Source: PVC group bacterium (GTDB lineage Bacteria > Verrucomicrobiota > Kiritimatiellia > CAIKKV01 > PXCX01). Taken from it: a DNA stretch of 32,074 bases. The notes beneath the pieces are model-generated. The model did not search any database, was not told the origin of the DNA, and saw only the letters and a list, made by a program, of their open reading frames with translations. Position numbers and translations under genes: made by a program. The stretch spans positions 1-32,074 of the forward strand of contig PXCX01000180.1 in NCBI GenBank assembly GCA_003565195.1, written 5' to 3'. This document shows, piece by piece, positions 18,783-27,667 of the stretch (position 1 is its first letter; each line of letters begins with the position of its first letter).

Positions 18783-21626
18783 TTATCCGCTTTGACGTAA
18801 CGCGGCGCCGGTATGCGAGTGTTCACAGGCGGCGACCGTTTCCAGCGGTCCGGCAACCACGACGTGGCCTCCCCCGTCGCCACCTTCCGGACCCAAGTCA
18901 ATAATATAATCCGCCATCCGGATTACGTCGAGATTATGTTCGATCACTACGATCGAATTACCGGCATCCCGCAGCCGCAAAAGAATATCCAGCAACCTTT
19001 GGACGTCGGCAAAGTGCAAGCCGGTGGTCGGTTCATCGAGCATATACAGGGTACGTCCGGTCGCAACCCGGCTCAGTTCGCCTGCCAATTTAATCCGCTG
19101 GGCCTCGCCGCCCGACAAGGTAGTGGCCGGTTGCCCGAGCTGGAGGTAACCGAGGCCCACATCCGACAGGGATTGGAGTCGCCGGGTAATCGGCGTGACC
19201 GGCCCGAAAAAGTCGAGGGCTTCGTCGACCGTCAGCGCCAGCACCTCGGCGATGTTCCGGCCGCGATAACGTATATCGAGCGTTTCACGGTTGTAGCGCG
19301 CTCCGCGGCACGCTTCGCAGGTGACAAATACATCGGGCAGAAAATGCATTTCAAGACGCAACAAACCGTCGCCTTTACAGGTTTCGCAGCGTCCGCCCTT
19401 GAGGTTGAAACTGAAGCGTGAACGCCCGTATCCGCGAACACGGGCAGCGGGTAAATCGCTGAACAGCCCGCGAACAATGTCGAAGGCGCCGGTATAGGTC
19501 GCCGGATTACTGCGTGGTGTACGACCGATCGGATCCTGGTCGATGACAATCACTTTATCGAGATGTTCCAAGCCCTCGAGCTGTTGATAGGGGCCGGGTA
19601 CCGTACGTGCCCGGTTAAAGTGACGCAACAACGCGCGCCGCAGGGTTATGTCAACCAGCGAACTTTTGCCGCTGCCGGAAACGCCGGTGACGCAGACAAA
19701 GTGTCCCAGCGGGATAGCCACCCGGATTGACTTAAGGTTATTTGCGGTGGCGCCGCTAATCGTTAAATGGCCGCATTCAACCGGACGGCGCCCGGCATTG
19801 CGGGTGGTCGGTTTGGCGCGACCGGCCGCCAGGTAACGGCCGGTAAGCGATTGCGGGCTGGCCATGATCTCGGACAACGTGCCTTGGGCCATGACCTGAC
19901 CACCATGCCGGCCGGCGCCCGGACCCAAATCGATCAAGTAATCCGCGGCGCGCATGGTTTTGTCGTCGTGCTCGACAATGACCAGGGTATTACCCAAGTC
20001 GCGCAACCGGTGCAGGGTTGTAATCAGGCGATCGATATCCCGCGCATGCAAACCGATGCTCGGTTCGTCCAGGACATAAAGCACGCCAACCAGTCCCGCG
20101 CCGATCTGGGTTGCCAGCCGGATGCGTTGCGCTTCGCCGCTGGAAAGCGTGGCGCTCTCGCGTTCCAGGGTTAGGTACGATAATCCGACTGCTACCAAAA
20201 ATCCCAGGCGATCCGTTATTTCCTTGAGGATATCGGCCGCCACCAGCTGTTCGTAGCGGTTGAGGTCAAGGTCGGCGAAAAACGCGACCGCTTTACTGAT
20301 CGGCATCGCGACAACATCCGCGATCGAGCGTTTGCCGACGGTACAATGCAGGATTTCGGGTTTAAGACGCTGTCCGCGGCAGACATGGCAGGGGCGCAGA
20401 GTCATGTATCGGCGTAGCGTCCGGCGTACGTAATCGCTGCGGGTTTCGCGCATGCGCCGTTCTAAATTGGGCAACACCCCTTCGAACGGCTGGCTACGCG
20501 TGCGGCGTTTCCCGCGCTGGACAGCAGTCAAGCTAATCGTCGTACGGCCGGATCCATGCAGAATGATCCGCTGCAAGTGCGCCGGCAGTTCGGCAAACGG
20601 TGTCTCGGGTTCAACCTGGTAATGGCGTGCCAGTGCCCGTAACAGTTTGCGGTAATACAGTACCAGACGGCGTCCCCCCCGTTGCCAGGGAGCAATCGCG
20701 TTGCGGGCAAACGGCAGGGTGCGATCGGGCACCACCAGGTCTTCGTCAAAGACCATTTGCTGGCCTACGCCGGAGCAGGTGGGACAAGCGCCGTACGGGG
20801 AATTAAACGAGAAATGGCGCGGCGTCAACCGTTCGAACACGATTCCACATGAAAGACAGGCATTTTTTTCGGCAAACCATGCCGTTTGCCATGCGTCGGA
20901 CTGTTCCGCCCGATGCATGGCCAGCAGAAGTCCATCCCCGTATTTCAAAGCCAATTCCACCGAATCCGTCAACCGACTGCGTATCAAGCGCGTAATCATC
21001 AGTCGATCAACCACGCGTTCGATATCATGCGGAAGGTTGGCATCCAGCTCCGGTAAATCATCGATATCATACAATCCACCATCAATTCTTACCCGCACAA
21101 ATCCTTCCTTGCGGATGCGGTCGAACACCGCGGTATGGCGTCCGGGTTGAGCACTAACAAGCGGCGCCAGCAACATCACGCGGGTACGATTCTCCAGCGC
21201 AATCAGCGTTTCGACAATTTCCTGCGCATGGTAGGTGCGAATCGGTTTTCGGCACTTGGGGCAGTGCGGTTTACCGAGATGCGCATAAAGCAGGCGAAGA
21301 TAGTCGTGAATCTCGGTGGCGGTAGCGACCAAGGAACGCGGATTGGGCGACGCCGTGCGCTGTTCGATCGCGATTGCCGGCGACAAACCGTCGATCGCAT
21401 CGGTGTCAGGCTTTTGAAACTGGTCCAGAAATTGGCGGGCAAACGCCGATAGGCTTTCGACGTAACGGCGTTGACCCTCCGCGTAGAGCGTGTCAAAGGC
21501 CAGCGACGATTTGCCTGATCCGCTGAGACCGGTAATCACCGTCATACCGCCGCGCGGCAAACGAACGGTGATGTTTTGCAGATTATGCTGGCGCGCACCG
21601 CGAACGGTAATCCAGTCGGTACTCAT
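18783..21626 (-). CDS. uvrA: excinuclease ABC subunit A (UvrA)
   Basis: I prefer the ATG at 21626 (MSTDWITVRGARQHNLQNI). It has two ABC modules (GLSGSGKSSLAFDT, GVSGSGKSSLV, LSGGEAQRI twice) and Zn-finger cysteines (CPKCRKP, CLSCG...CPTCSG, CETCKGDG...CEACRG). The stop is TAA. Confidence 0.95.
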   Translation of the reverse strand: MSTDWITVRGARQHNLQNITVRLPRGGMTVITGLSGSGKSSLAFDTLYAEGQRRYVESLSAFARQFLDQFQKPDTDAIDGLSPAIAIEQRTASPNPRSLVATATEIHDYLRLLYAHLGKPHCPKCRKPIRTYHAQEIVETLIALENRTRVMLLAPLVSAQPGRHTAVFDRIRKEGFVRVRIDGGLYDIDDLPELDANLPHDIERVVDRLMITRLIRSRLTDSVELALKYGDGLLLAMHRAEQSDAWQTAWFAEKNACLSCGIVFERLTPRHFSFNSPYGACPTCSGVGQQMVFDEDLVVPDRTLPFARNAIAPWQRGGRRLVLYYRKLLRALARHYQVEPETPFAELPAHLQRIILHGSGRTTISLTAVQRGKRRTRSQPFEGVLPNLERRMRETRSDYVRRTLRRYMTLRPCHVCRGQRLKPEILHCTVGKRSIADVVAMPISKAVAFFADLDLNRYEQLVAADILKEITDRLGFLVAVGLSYLTLERESATLSSGEAQRIRLATQIGAGLVGVLYVLDEPSIGLHARDIDRLITTLHRLRDLGNTLVIVEHDDKTMRAADYLIDLGPGAGRHGGQVMAQGTLSEIMASPQSLTGRYLAAGRAKPTTRNAGRRPVECGHLTISGATANNLKSIRVAIPLGHFVCVTGVSGSGKSSLVDITLRRALLRHFNRARTVPGPYQQLEGLEHLDKVIVIDQDPIGRTPRSNPATYTGAFDIVRGLFSDLPAARVRGYGRSRFSFNLKGGRCETCKGDGLLRLEMHFLPDVFVTCEACRGARYNRETLDIRYRGRNIAEVLALTVDEALDFFGPVTPITRRLQSLSDVGLGYLQLGQPATTLSGGEAQRIKLAGELSRVATGRTLYMLDEPTTGLHFADVQRLLDILLRLRDAGNSIVVIEHNLDVIRMADYIIDLGPEGGDGGGHVVVAGPLETVAACEHSHTGAALRQSG

Positions 21627-21657
21627 GGCAATTCCCAGGGGTAATCCACCCAATATT

Positions 21658-21690
21658 CCAAAATTCCGCAGACCGTTGTCGATCTTGCGG
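21658..21690 (-). terminator. candidate intrinsic terminator after tyrS
   Basis: The minus-strand RNA reads CCGCAAGAUCG-ACAA-CGGUCUGCGG. This gives 10 bp with one bulged A and a 4-nt loop, followed by AAUUUUGG. The U-tract is short. Confidence 0.35.
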
Positions 21691-21746
21691 GGCGCGGCGA
21701 TCCCTGCCGGCGGCCCGATCTTGAAACGCTGGCCCGGCCCGGCCGA

Positions 21747-23015
21747 TCAGTGCAGTTTTACGAGACGGTAATTTTTTTTGCCGGTACGCAACACCAGCAT
21801 GCGCCCGTCAAGCACCGTATCGGCCGAAACAACGGCTTGCGGATCGTCAACCCGACGGTTGTTGAGATAGAATCCGCCACCGGCAATCAAACGGCGCGCC
21901 GCCCCCTTGCTGGCACACAGGCCGGCGGCGACGGTAACGGATACAATATCGCGATTGATCACCGTATCCGCGGATAACGCCACGGACGGAGCATCGGCGA
22001 ATACGGCCTCCAGATCGGCGGCATCCAACCCTTCAAGGGCACCGCCAAAAAGCGCATCCGTTGCCGCTTGCGCCTGTCGCAGACCGCGGTCGCCATGCAC
22101 CATGCGCGTGACATGCTCGGCCAAACGACGTTGGGCCGCTCGCTGTTCCGGCATATCCGCCATTTGTTTTTGCAGCGCGTCGATCTCTTCAAGCGATCCA
22201 AACGTGAATATTTTAAGCAAACGAATCACGTCTGCATCCTCAATACGCAAGAAAAACTGATAGAACGCGTAGGGCGAAGTCCGGCGCGCGTCAAGATAAA
22301 CCGCGTTACCTTCGCTTTTACCGAACTTGCGGCCGGCATGATCGCTAATCAGGGGAAACGTCAGACCGTACGTTTCCGCGCTGCGCAACCGGCGTATCAA
22401 GTCGATGCCGGCCGTTATATTACCCCATTGATCGGAGCCGCCGACCTGCAGCCGGCATTGGCGGGTATCGTATAAATGCAGAAAATCGTAAGCCTGCAAG
22501 GCCTGCTAACTGAACTCGGCATAACTCATGCCGGACGCACTGTTCAATCGCGTCCGCACACTTTCGCGACCGAGCATGGCGCCCATCCGGAAATGAGTTC
22601 CCGCCTCGCGCAAAAAATCCACAATCGAGAACTTCCCTAACCAGTCGTTATTGTTGATGATTCGGGCCGGCGCCGTTGGGTGATCGAAATCTAGAAATCG
22701 CGATAAATTCTCGCGGATCCCGATCAAGTTATGTTCCACCTCGTCGGCGCTCAGGAAATTACGTTCGCTGGATTTACCCGAGGGATCGCCGATCATACCG
22801 GTGGCTCCGCCGGCAATCGCCAGCACCGGATGACCCTGGCGTTGAAAATGCGCCAGGGTCATGATAGTGACGAAATTACCGATTTGCAGACTATCCGAGC
22901 TTGGGTCAAACCCCGCATAAACCACGGTCGGCTTGCGTACCACAGTCTCCAGTGCCGGATCCGTGATCGCTTCGACTAAACCGCGTTCGCGCAGGATATC
23001 AAGAACGGTTTTCAC
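21747..23015 (-). pseudogene. tyrS: tyrosine--tRNA ligase (TyrRS), reading frame interrupted by a single in-frame TAG at 22508-22506. It is labelled pseudogene only in the formal sense; see findings
   Basis: ORFs 22506..23015 and 21747..22499 are in the same frame. Together they match bacterial TyrRS end to end: GFDPSSDSLQIGN, GGATGMIGDPSGKSSER, [stop]QALQAYDF, LQVGGSDQWGNITAGIDLIRR, KFGKSEGNAVYL, TSPYAFYQFF, and a C-terminal S4-like domain ending GKKNYRLVKLH. The GTG start at 23015 is 3 nt after the rpsA stop. Confidence 0.9.
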
Positions 23016-23018
23016 GGT

Positions 23019-24821
23019 TCAAGAATCGTCTTGGTTGCCGTAATCCTTCTTGCGCCGACGTTCGCCGGGATGCCATTCCTCGCTTTTTTCACCGGTATTG
23101 AATGCCGCATCAAACGCACCGGCCAGATCAACCATGTCCTCGCCGGCAGTCAGGCCCTCGAGCATTTCGTCATCGATCTGGAAGTCTTCATCGTCGACCA
23201 AGGCGGCTTTAATGCTTAGCCCGATCTTGCGCTCGTCCGGATCGATACGAACAATCCGGGCTTCGACCTGCTGGCCGACATTGAGAACATCTTTAACCTT
23301 TTCGACATGCTGATCGCTGATTTGCGAGATGTGAACCAACCCGTCAATGCCTTCCTCAATCTCAACAAAGACGCCGAAACTAGCCAGTTTACTGACTTTG
23401 CCGGTGACTTTCTGGCCGACTTTATAGCGACTGCCGATCGTCGACCAGGGATCGTCCTGAGCCTGTTTCATCCCAAGACTGATACGCTGATTGTCCGGAT
23501 CGACCTCGATGATCATGGCATCGACCGTGTCGCCTTTCTTCAGGACTTCCGAGGGATGATTGACCTTGCGCGTCCATGACATATCGGAAACATGGATCAT
23601 TCCGTCAATCCCGTCCTGTAACTCCACAAACGCGCCATACGGCGTAAAGTTGCGAACCACCCCGCTGACCCGTGAACCGACCGGATAACGATCGCGTACG
23701 CCGTCCCAGGGATTCTCCTCGGTCTGGCGAATACCCAGCGCGATTTTTTGGTCTTCCTTGTTCACACCCAGCACAACCACATCGACCATGTCGCCGACAT
23801 TGAGGATATCGGACGCACGCGCGATCCGTTTGGTCCAGGAAATCTCGGAGACGTGAACCAGCCCTTCGACTCCCTCCTCAAGTTCCACAAAGGCGCCGTA
23901 GGTGACCAGGTTGACGACTTTACCGCGCAGCCGGCTGCCGACCGGATATTTGGTGTCGATATCATCCCAAGGGTTGGCGCTTTTTTGTTTCAATCCAAGT
24001 GAAACCCGTTCGCGTTCCTTGTTGATATCCAAAATAACCACTTCAAGCGGCTGACCCACCGAAACCATCTCCGACGGGTGCGAAACACGGCCCCAGCTCA
24101 TGTCGGTAATATGCAGCAGACCATCCATTCCATCAAGATCAACGAATACGCCGAAATCGGTAATGTTCTTGATCGATCCGGTGCGGTACTGACCTACCTG
24201 GATCTCGTTCAACAGATTGCGGCGCCGTTCGCGCCGCCGTTCCTCAAGCAATTCGCGCCGCGATACCACGATGTTCTTACGGTCTTCATTGATCTTGAGG
24301 ATCTTGAATTCGTAGCTGTTGTTGATAAATGCCGAGGGATCATGTGCCGGCCCGATATCGATTTGGGATCCGGGCAAAAAGGCATCCACGCCGTCCACAT
24401 CAATGATCATCCCGCCGCGAACCCGTCCCTTAACGACCCCTTCAACGACGCCGCCTTCTTTATAATTGGCCAGGACATTGTCCCATTGCCGTTTGATGTC
24501 GGCCTTTTTCTTGCTGATAACGATGTTGCCGTCTTCGTTTTCAATGCCTTCAAGCAGGACATCAACCTCGGTCTGCGGTTCAACGGCTTCGAAATCGTCG
24601 AATTCCTCGGCTGGTACAAAGCCTTCCGATTTATAGCCGATATCAATCAGTGCTCCATTAGATCGAACTTCAAGGACATTGCCCTTGACGATCGAACCTT
24701 CGGTAAAGTTTTTCAGCGTTTCGTCATACATTTGAGCCATCTCGTCAAACGACATGGCGGACTCGGTGTCGGCGGGGGCCGGCTGAGATTTGGGTGTGCT
24801 GGTTGCAGCGGTTTCGGTCAT
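23019..24821 (-). CDS. rpsA: 30S ribosomal protein S1 (six S1 domains)
   Basis: 600 aa with ATG at 24821. It has repeated S1 motifs (G.V..V...GA.VD/E.. G..GL.HIS/VS). The C-terminal tail is acidic and basic. The stop is TGA. Confidence 0.95.
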   Translation of the reverse strand: MTETAATSTPKSQPAPADTESAMSFDEMAQMYDETLKNFTEGSIVKGNVLEVRSNGALIDIGYKSEGFVPAEEFDDFEAVEPQTEVDVLLEGIENEDGNIVISKKKADIKRQWDNVLANYKEGGVVEGVVKGRVRGGMIIDVDGVDAFLPGSQIDIGPAHDPSAFINNSYEFKILKINEDRKNIVVSRRELLEERRRERRRNLLNEIQVGQYRTGSIKNITDFGVFVDLDGMDGLLHITDMSWGRVSHPSEMVSVGQPLEVVILDINKERERVSLGLKQKSANPWDDIDTKYPVGSRLRGKVVNLVTYGAFVELEEGVEGLVHVSEISWTKRIARASDILNVGDMVDVVVLGVNKEDQKIALGIRQTEENPWDGVRDRYPVGSRVSGVVRNFTPYGAFVELQDGIDGMIHVSDMSWTRKVNHPSEVLKKGDTVDAMIIEVDPDNQRISLGMKQAQDDPWSTIGSRYKVGQKVTGKVSKLASFGVFVEIEEGIDGLVHISQISDQHVEKVKDVLNVGQQVEARIVRIDPDERKIGLSIKAALVDDEDFQIDDEMLEGLTAGEDMVDLAGAFDAAFNTGEKSEEWHPGERRRKKDYGNQDDS

Positions 24822-25029
24822 TAGTTTGATTTACCTGATAAGTTAACAACATCTACGGGGAATACACCTTGCCGCCACCCGGCCGCAAGGCGCCGTCCCA
24901 AACCCGGGGACGGATCTCCTTGATTCGTAACTATCCAGCATTACATATCTTGCCGCGGGATGCAAGCACAAAATAGCGGTAAAAATCGGGGATCGACAAA
25001 ACCGTCCGGAAACGGCATTATTTCGGCAT

Positions 25030-25818
25030 ATGAGAGAAGCCATTGTGTTGATCGATATCGGCAACAGTGCCACTAAACTAGCATTAACGGGACGCGGCGG
25101 GCGCGCAATATCGGCCAAGACGCTGCTGACCTTGCCGACTTCTACAACGACGGCGCGCACCGCAGCCGCTGCGCTGGACCGGCTGCAGGCGTCCCGTCGG
25201 GTTGGCGGCGCGCTAGGCGCTTCGGTCGTTCCCGGCGCCAAGCCGCTGTGGTCACGCGCCGTACACCAGGCGTCCGGCATCCGTTTACAATGGATCCGGC
25301 ATGACTGGTCATGGAATTTCAGATGGCGCTACCCCCATCCCGAAACGATGGGCGCCGATCGGATCGTGAATCTCTGCGCTGCCCGGCAACGCTATTCGCC
25401 GCCCTTAATCGTTCTGGATTTCGGGACCGCCTTGACCGTCGACATGTTGAACCCCGAAAACGAGTTTATTGGCGGAATGATTGCGCCCGGTTTCGCGATG
25501 TTAAGCGCTGCGATGGCGCAACGAACGGCTCGCTTACCAGCATCGACACCGCGGATCGGCCGGATACCGTCGCGCATCTGGGGCCGCAATACCCGCGAAT
25601 CGATGCGCTGCGGGATGCGGTTGGGTTATCGCGGCATGCTGCGCGAACTGATCAGTTCCGCCATGGCCTCCCTGGAAAATCCGGCAACCATTTGTGTAAC
25701 CGGGGGTTACGCGGCGAAGGCGATGGCCACTTTGCCGGATATCGCGTGCCGGATCCATCCCAACTTAACCATGGAAGGCCTGGCCCACGCCGGTCGGCTG
25801 AATCTTGGTGCCGCTTAA
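25030..25818 (+). CDS. coaX: type III pantothenate kinase
   Basis: 262 aa with VLIDIGNSATKLAL, MGADRIVN, IVLDFGTALTVD, GGMIAPG and VTGGYA. The stop is TAA at 25816-25818. Confidence 0.9.
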   Translation: MREAIVLIDIGNSATKLALTGRGGRAISAKTLLTLPTSTTTARTAAAALDRLQASRRVGGALGASVVPGAKPLWSRAVHQASGIRLQWIRHDWSWNFRWRYPHPETMGADRIVNLCAARQRYSPPLIVLDFGTALTVDMLNPENEFIGGMIAPGFAMLSAAMAQRTARLPASTPRIGRIPSRIWGRNTRESMRCGMRLGYRGMLRELISSAMASLENPATICVTGGYAAKAMATLPDIACRIHPNLTMEGLAHAGRLNLGAA

Positions 25819-26687
25819 TCGAGCAACGGCAAATCGCCGATCGCGGTAAACGGCGGAACGTCTACCTGACGCCAGCGGGCGGCGGTATCGGGCGGACCGT
25901 TTTCCCGGGTGAACATCGAGTGCCAGCGTTTTTTGAATCGTAACCCGTTGCGAACAATTAAATAGGTGTTCGGCAAGTGTTCCGTGCCGCAGGTGGTCAC
26001 GTTTTCAAAATGATACATTTCAACGGACGCCAGATAGCGGACGCGATGTCCTTGATGACGTATGCGGTAACATAAATCAATGTCTTCGTACTCTACCGGA
26101 TTAAACCATGGATCGAACCCGCCGGCCTGCTCGAAGACGGTTCGCCGCACCATGCAGCAGGCGCTGATTAAACACTGGACATCCCGCGGCGTACTGAATT
26201 CGGGATGGTCGCGCGGCTCACCGCGGCCGCGGAAAACGACCCGGCCGCCGCGGGTCACGGCGCCGCCGGCACACTGGATCGGATGCGGATGAAACGGATA
26301 CACCAGTTTGGGACCCACCATCCCGACGGCCGGATCGGCGTCAAGTTTCGCGGCCAACAGGTTCAGCCAGCCGCGTGATCGTACTGTCAGATCGTTATCG
26401 ATGAAGACCAGATGGCGTACCGAATCCGCCGCCCGGGCTGCCCCCTGGTTGCGCGCCGTCGAACACCCGATATTGGTTGGGTTGGTTACGATGGTTACGT
26501 TTAATCTTTCGGCGGCGGCTTGCTTCTGAAAGGTTCGCAACCACGCGCGGGTCCCGTCGCGGGAACCGTTGTCGACCACTATCAGCTCCCAGTTGCGATC
26601 GCTTGAATGAAGCAAGTGGCGCAGGCATTTACGGGTGCATTCCAGTTTGTTGTGCGTCAGGGTAACGACCGCGATCTCGGGGTTCAT
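25815..26687 (-). CDS. family 2 glycosyltransferase (rhamnosyltransferase/WbbL-like)
   Basis: I prefer the ATG at 26687-26685 (MNPEIAVVTLTHNKLECTRKCL), which forms an ATGA overlap with the E1-beta stop at 26686-26684. Motifs are IVVDNGSRDGT, NIGCSTARNQG, FIDNDL and YEDIDLCYR. The ORF-track extension to 26849 overlaps E1-beta. Confidence 0.85.
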   Translation of the reverse strand: MNPEIAVVTLTHNKLECTRKCLRHLLHSSDRNWELIVVDNGSRDGTRAWLRTFQKQAAAERLNVTIVTNPTNIGCSTARNQGAARAADSVRHLVFIDNDLTVRSRGWLNLLAAKLDADPAVGMVGPKLVYPFHPHPIQCAGGAVTRGGRVVFRGRGEPRDHPEFSTPRDVQCLISACCMVRRTVFEQAGGFDPWFNPVEYEDIDLCYRIRHQGHRVRYLASVEMYHFENVTTCGTEHLPNTYLIVRNGLRFKKRWHSMFTRENGPPDTAARWRQVDVPPFTAIGDLPLLD

Positions 26688-27667
26688 TGCAGCGTTTCCA
26701 TCAATCCCATGGCGGCATGCGCTATTGTCGTAGCATCCGGCAGGGTCAACTGTTCCATCGGCGGCGATGCCGGAACCGGAATATCCGGAGCCGTCAGACG
26801 CCGGATCGGCGCTTCCAGGTATTCGTGGGATGCCTCGAATACGCGGCATCCGATTTCGGCGGCGATCCCGGCGCTACGCGGCGCTTCATCGACAATTAAG
26901 ACGCGGCCGGTCTGTTGCACCGATTCGTTGATCGTGGCCATATCCAGCGGTTGCAGGCAGCGTACATCGATGACCTCGGCGGTAATCCCGTCGGCAGCCA
27001 GCCGTTCTGCCGCGATGGCCGCCTCGACCGCCATCCAGGACCATGCCAGAATGGTTAAATCATGTCCGCGATTCACGGTACGCGCTGTTTCCAATCCAAC
27101 AACCGGACGATCGGCGGGAACCGGTTCGCGCCATCCATACAACCGTTTATGTTCCAGAAAAACAACCGGATTGGGATCCTGCACGGCAGCGTGCAGCAGA
27201 TCCGCGTGATCGGCGATTGAAGATGGCGCAACCACTTTAAGTCCGGGGGTATGAACGAACCAGGCTGCGAATCCCTGCGAATGGGTGGGACCGTAGCCGC
27301 GCCCGCCGCCGGCGACCAGCCGCACGACCAGCGGACAGGATGCCTGGCGGCCGAGAATATAACGTAGTTTAGCCGCCTGATTGACCAGCGGATCCATCGC
27401 CAGAGTCACAAAATCGGCAAACATGATCTCCACAATCGGGCGGCATCCGCTGATTGCCGCACCGATAGCCATCCCGACCACCCCGTTTTCCGAAATCGGG
27501 GTTTCGATGACACGCTGTGGACCAAACCGGTCCAGTAATCCGCGGGTAATACCGAACGCACCGCCGTAAACGCCGATATCTTCGCCCATCAGCATGACCG
27601 TCGGATCGGCCGTCAACTCGGCGGCCAGCGTCTCGCGTAAGATCGCAGCGGCGGTGATTGTCTTCAT
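26684..27667 (-). CDS. TPP-dependent 2-oxoacid/acetoin dehydrogenase E1 component, beta subunit
   Basis: I prefer the ATG at 27667-27665 (MKTITAAAILRETLAAEL...), an ATGA overlap with the E1-alpha stop. Motifs are VMLMGEDIGVYGGAFGITRGL, VIETPISENGVVGMAIGAA, GPTHSQ and VIDVRCLQPLD. These match an E1-beta (transketolase-like pyrimidine-binding plus C-terminal domains). Confidence 0.9.
   Translation of the reverse strand: MKTITAAAILRETLAAELTADPTVMLMGEDIGVYGGAFGITRGLLDRFGPQRVIETPISENGVVGMAIGAAISGCRPIVEIMFADFVTLAMDPLVNQAAKLRYILGRQASCPLVVRLVAGGGRGYGPTHSQGFAAWFVHTPGLKVVAPSSIADHADLLHAAVQDPNPVVFLEHKRLYGWREPVPADRPVVGLETARTVNRGHDLTILAWSWMAVEAAIAAERLAADGITAEVIDVRCLQPLDMATINESVQQTGRVLIVDEAPRSAGIAAEIGCRVFEASHEYLEAPIRRLTAPDIPVPASPPMEQLTLPDATTIAHAAMGLMETLQ

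Noticed and set aside
21636-21660. DnaA-box-like TAATCCACC upstream of uvrA; possible origin of replication.
   Set aside because: It is a single imperfect box (7/9), with no cluster, no AT-rich unwinding element, and no dnaA/dnaN nearby.
24078-24824. Long plus-strand ORF (248 aa) antisense to rpsA. Similar long antisense ORFs occur at 16948..17679, 9519..10205, 18813..19421 and 5819..6301.
   Set aside because: Each lies entirely inside a strongly supported gene on the opposite strand. Their translations are low-complexity and Arg/Gly/Pro-rich with no recognisable motifs. They are typical shadow ORFs of GC-rich coding DNA.
24822-25029. Two small hairpins (CCTTGC...GCAAGG at about 24867-24890 and CGTCCC...GGGACG at about 24893-24911) in the rpsA/coaX divergent region; a possible S1 autoregulatory leader.
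   Set aside because: The stems are short (6 bp). I could not identify a convincing promoter to place them in the rpsA 5' UTR, and no conserved S1-leader pseudoknot pattern is recognisable by eye.
26688-26849. N-terminal extensions offered by the ORF track: GT2 to 26849, E1-beta to 27922, TonB-like to 15299, GldG-like to 6607, DUF4340 to 5051, ABC ATPase to 8269, uvrA to 21653, exbB to 16171 and KS-like to 29973.
   Set aside because: The extensions overlap the preceding gene and translate to non-homologous sequence. Internal ATGs sit at or next to the upstream stop (often as ATGA), and the conserved protein N-termini begin there.
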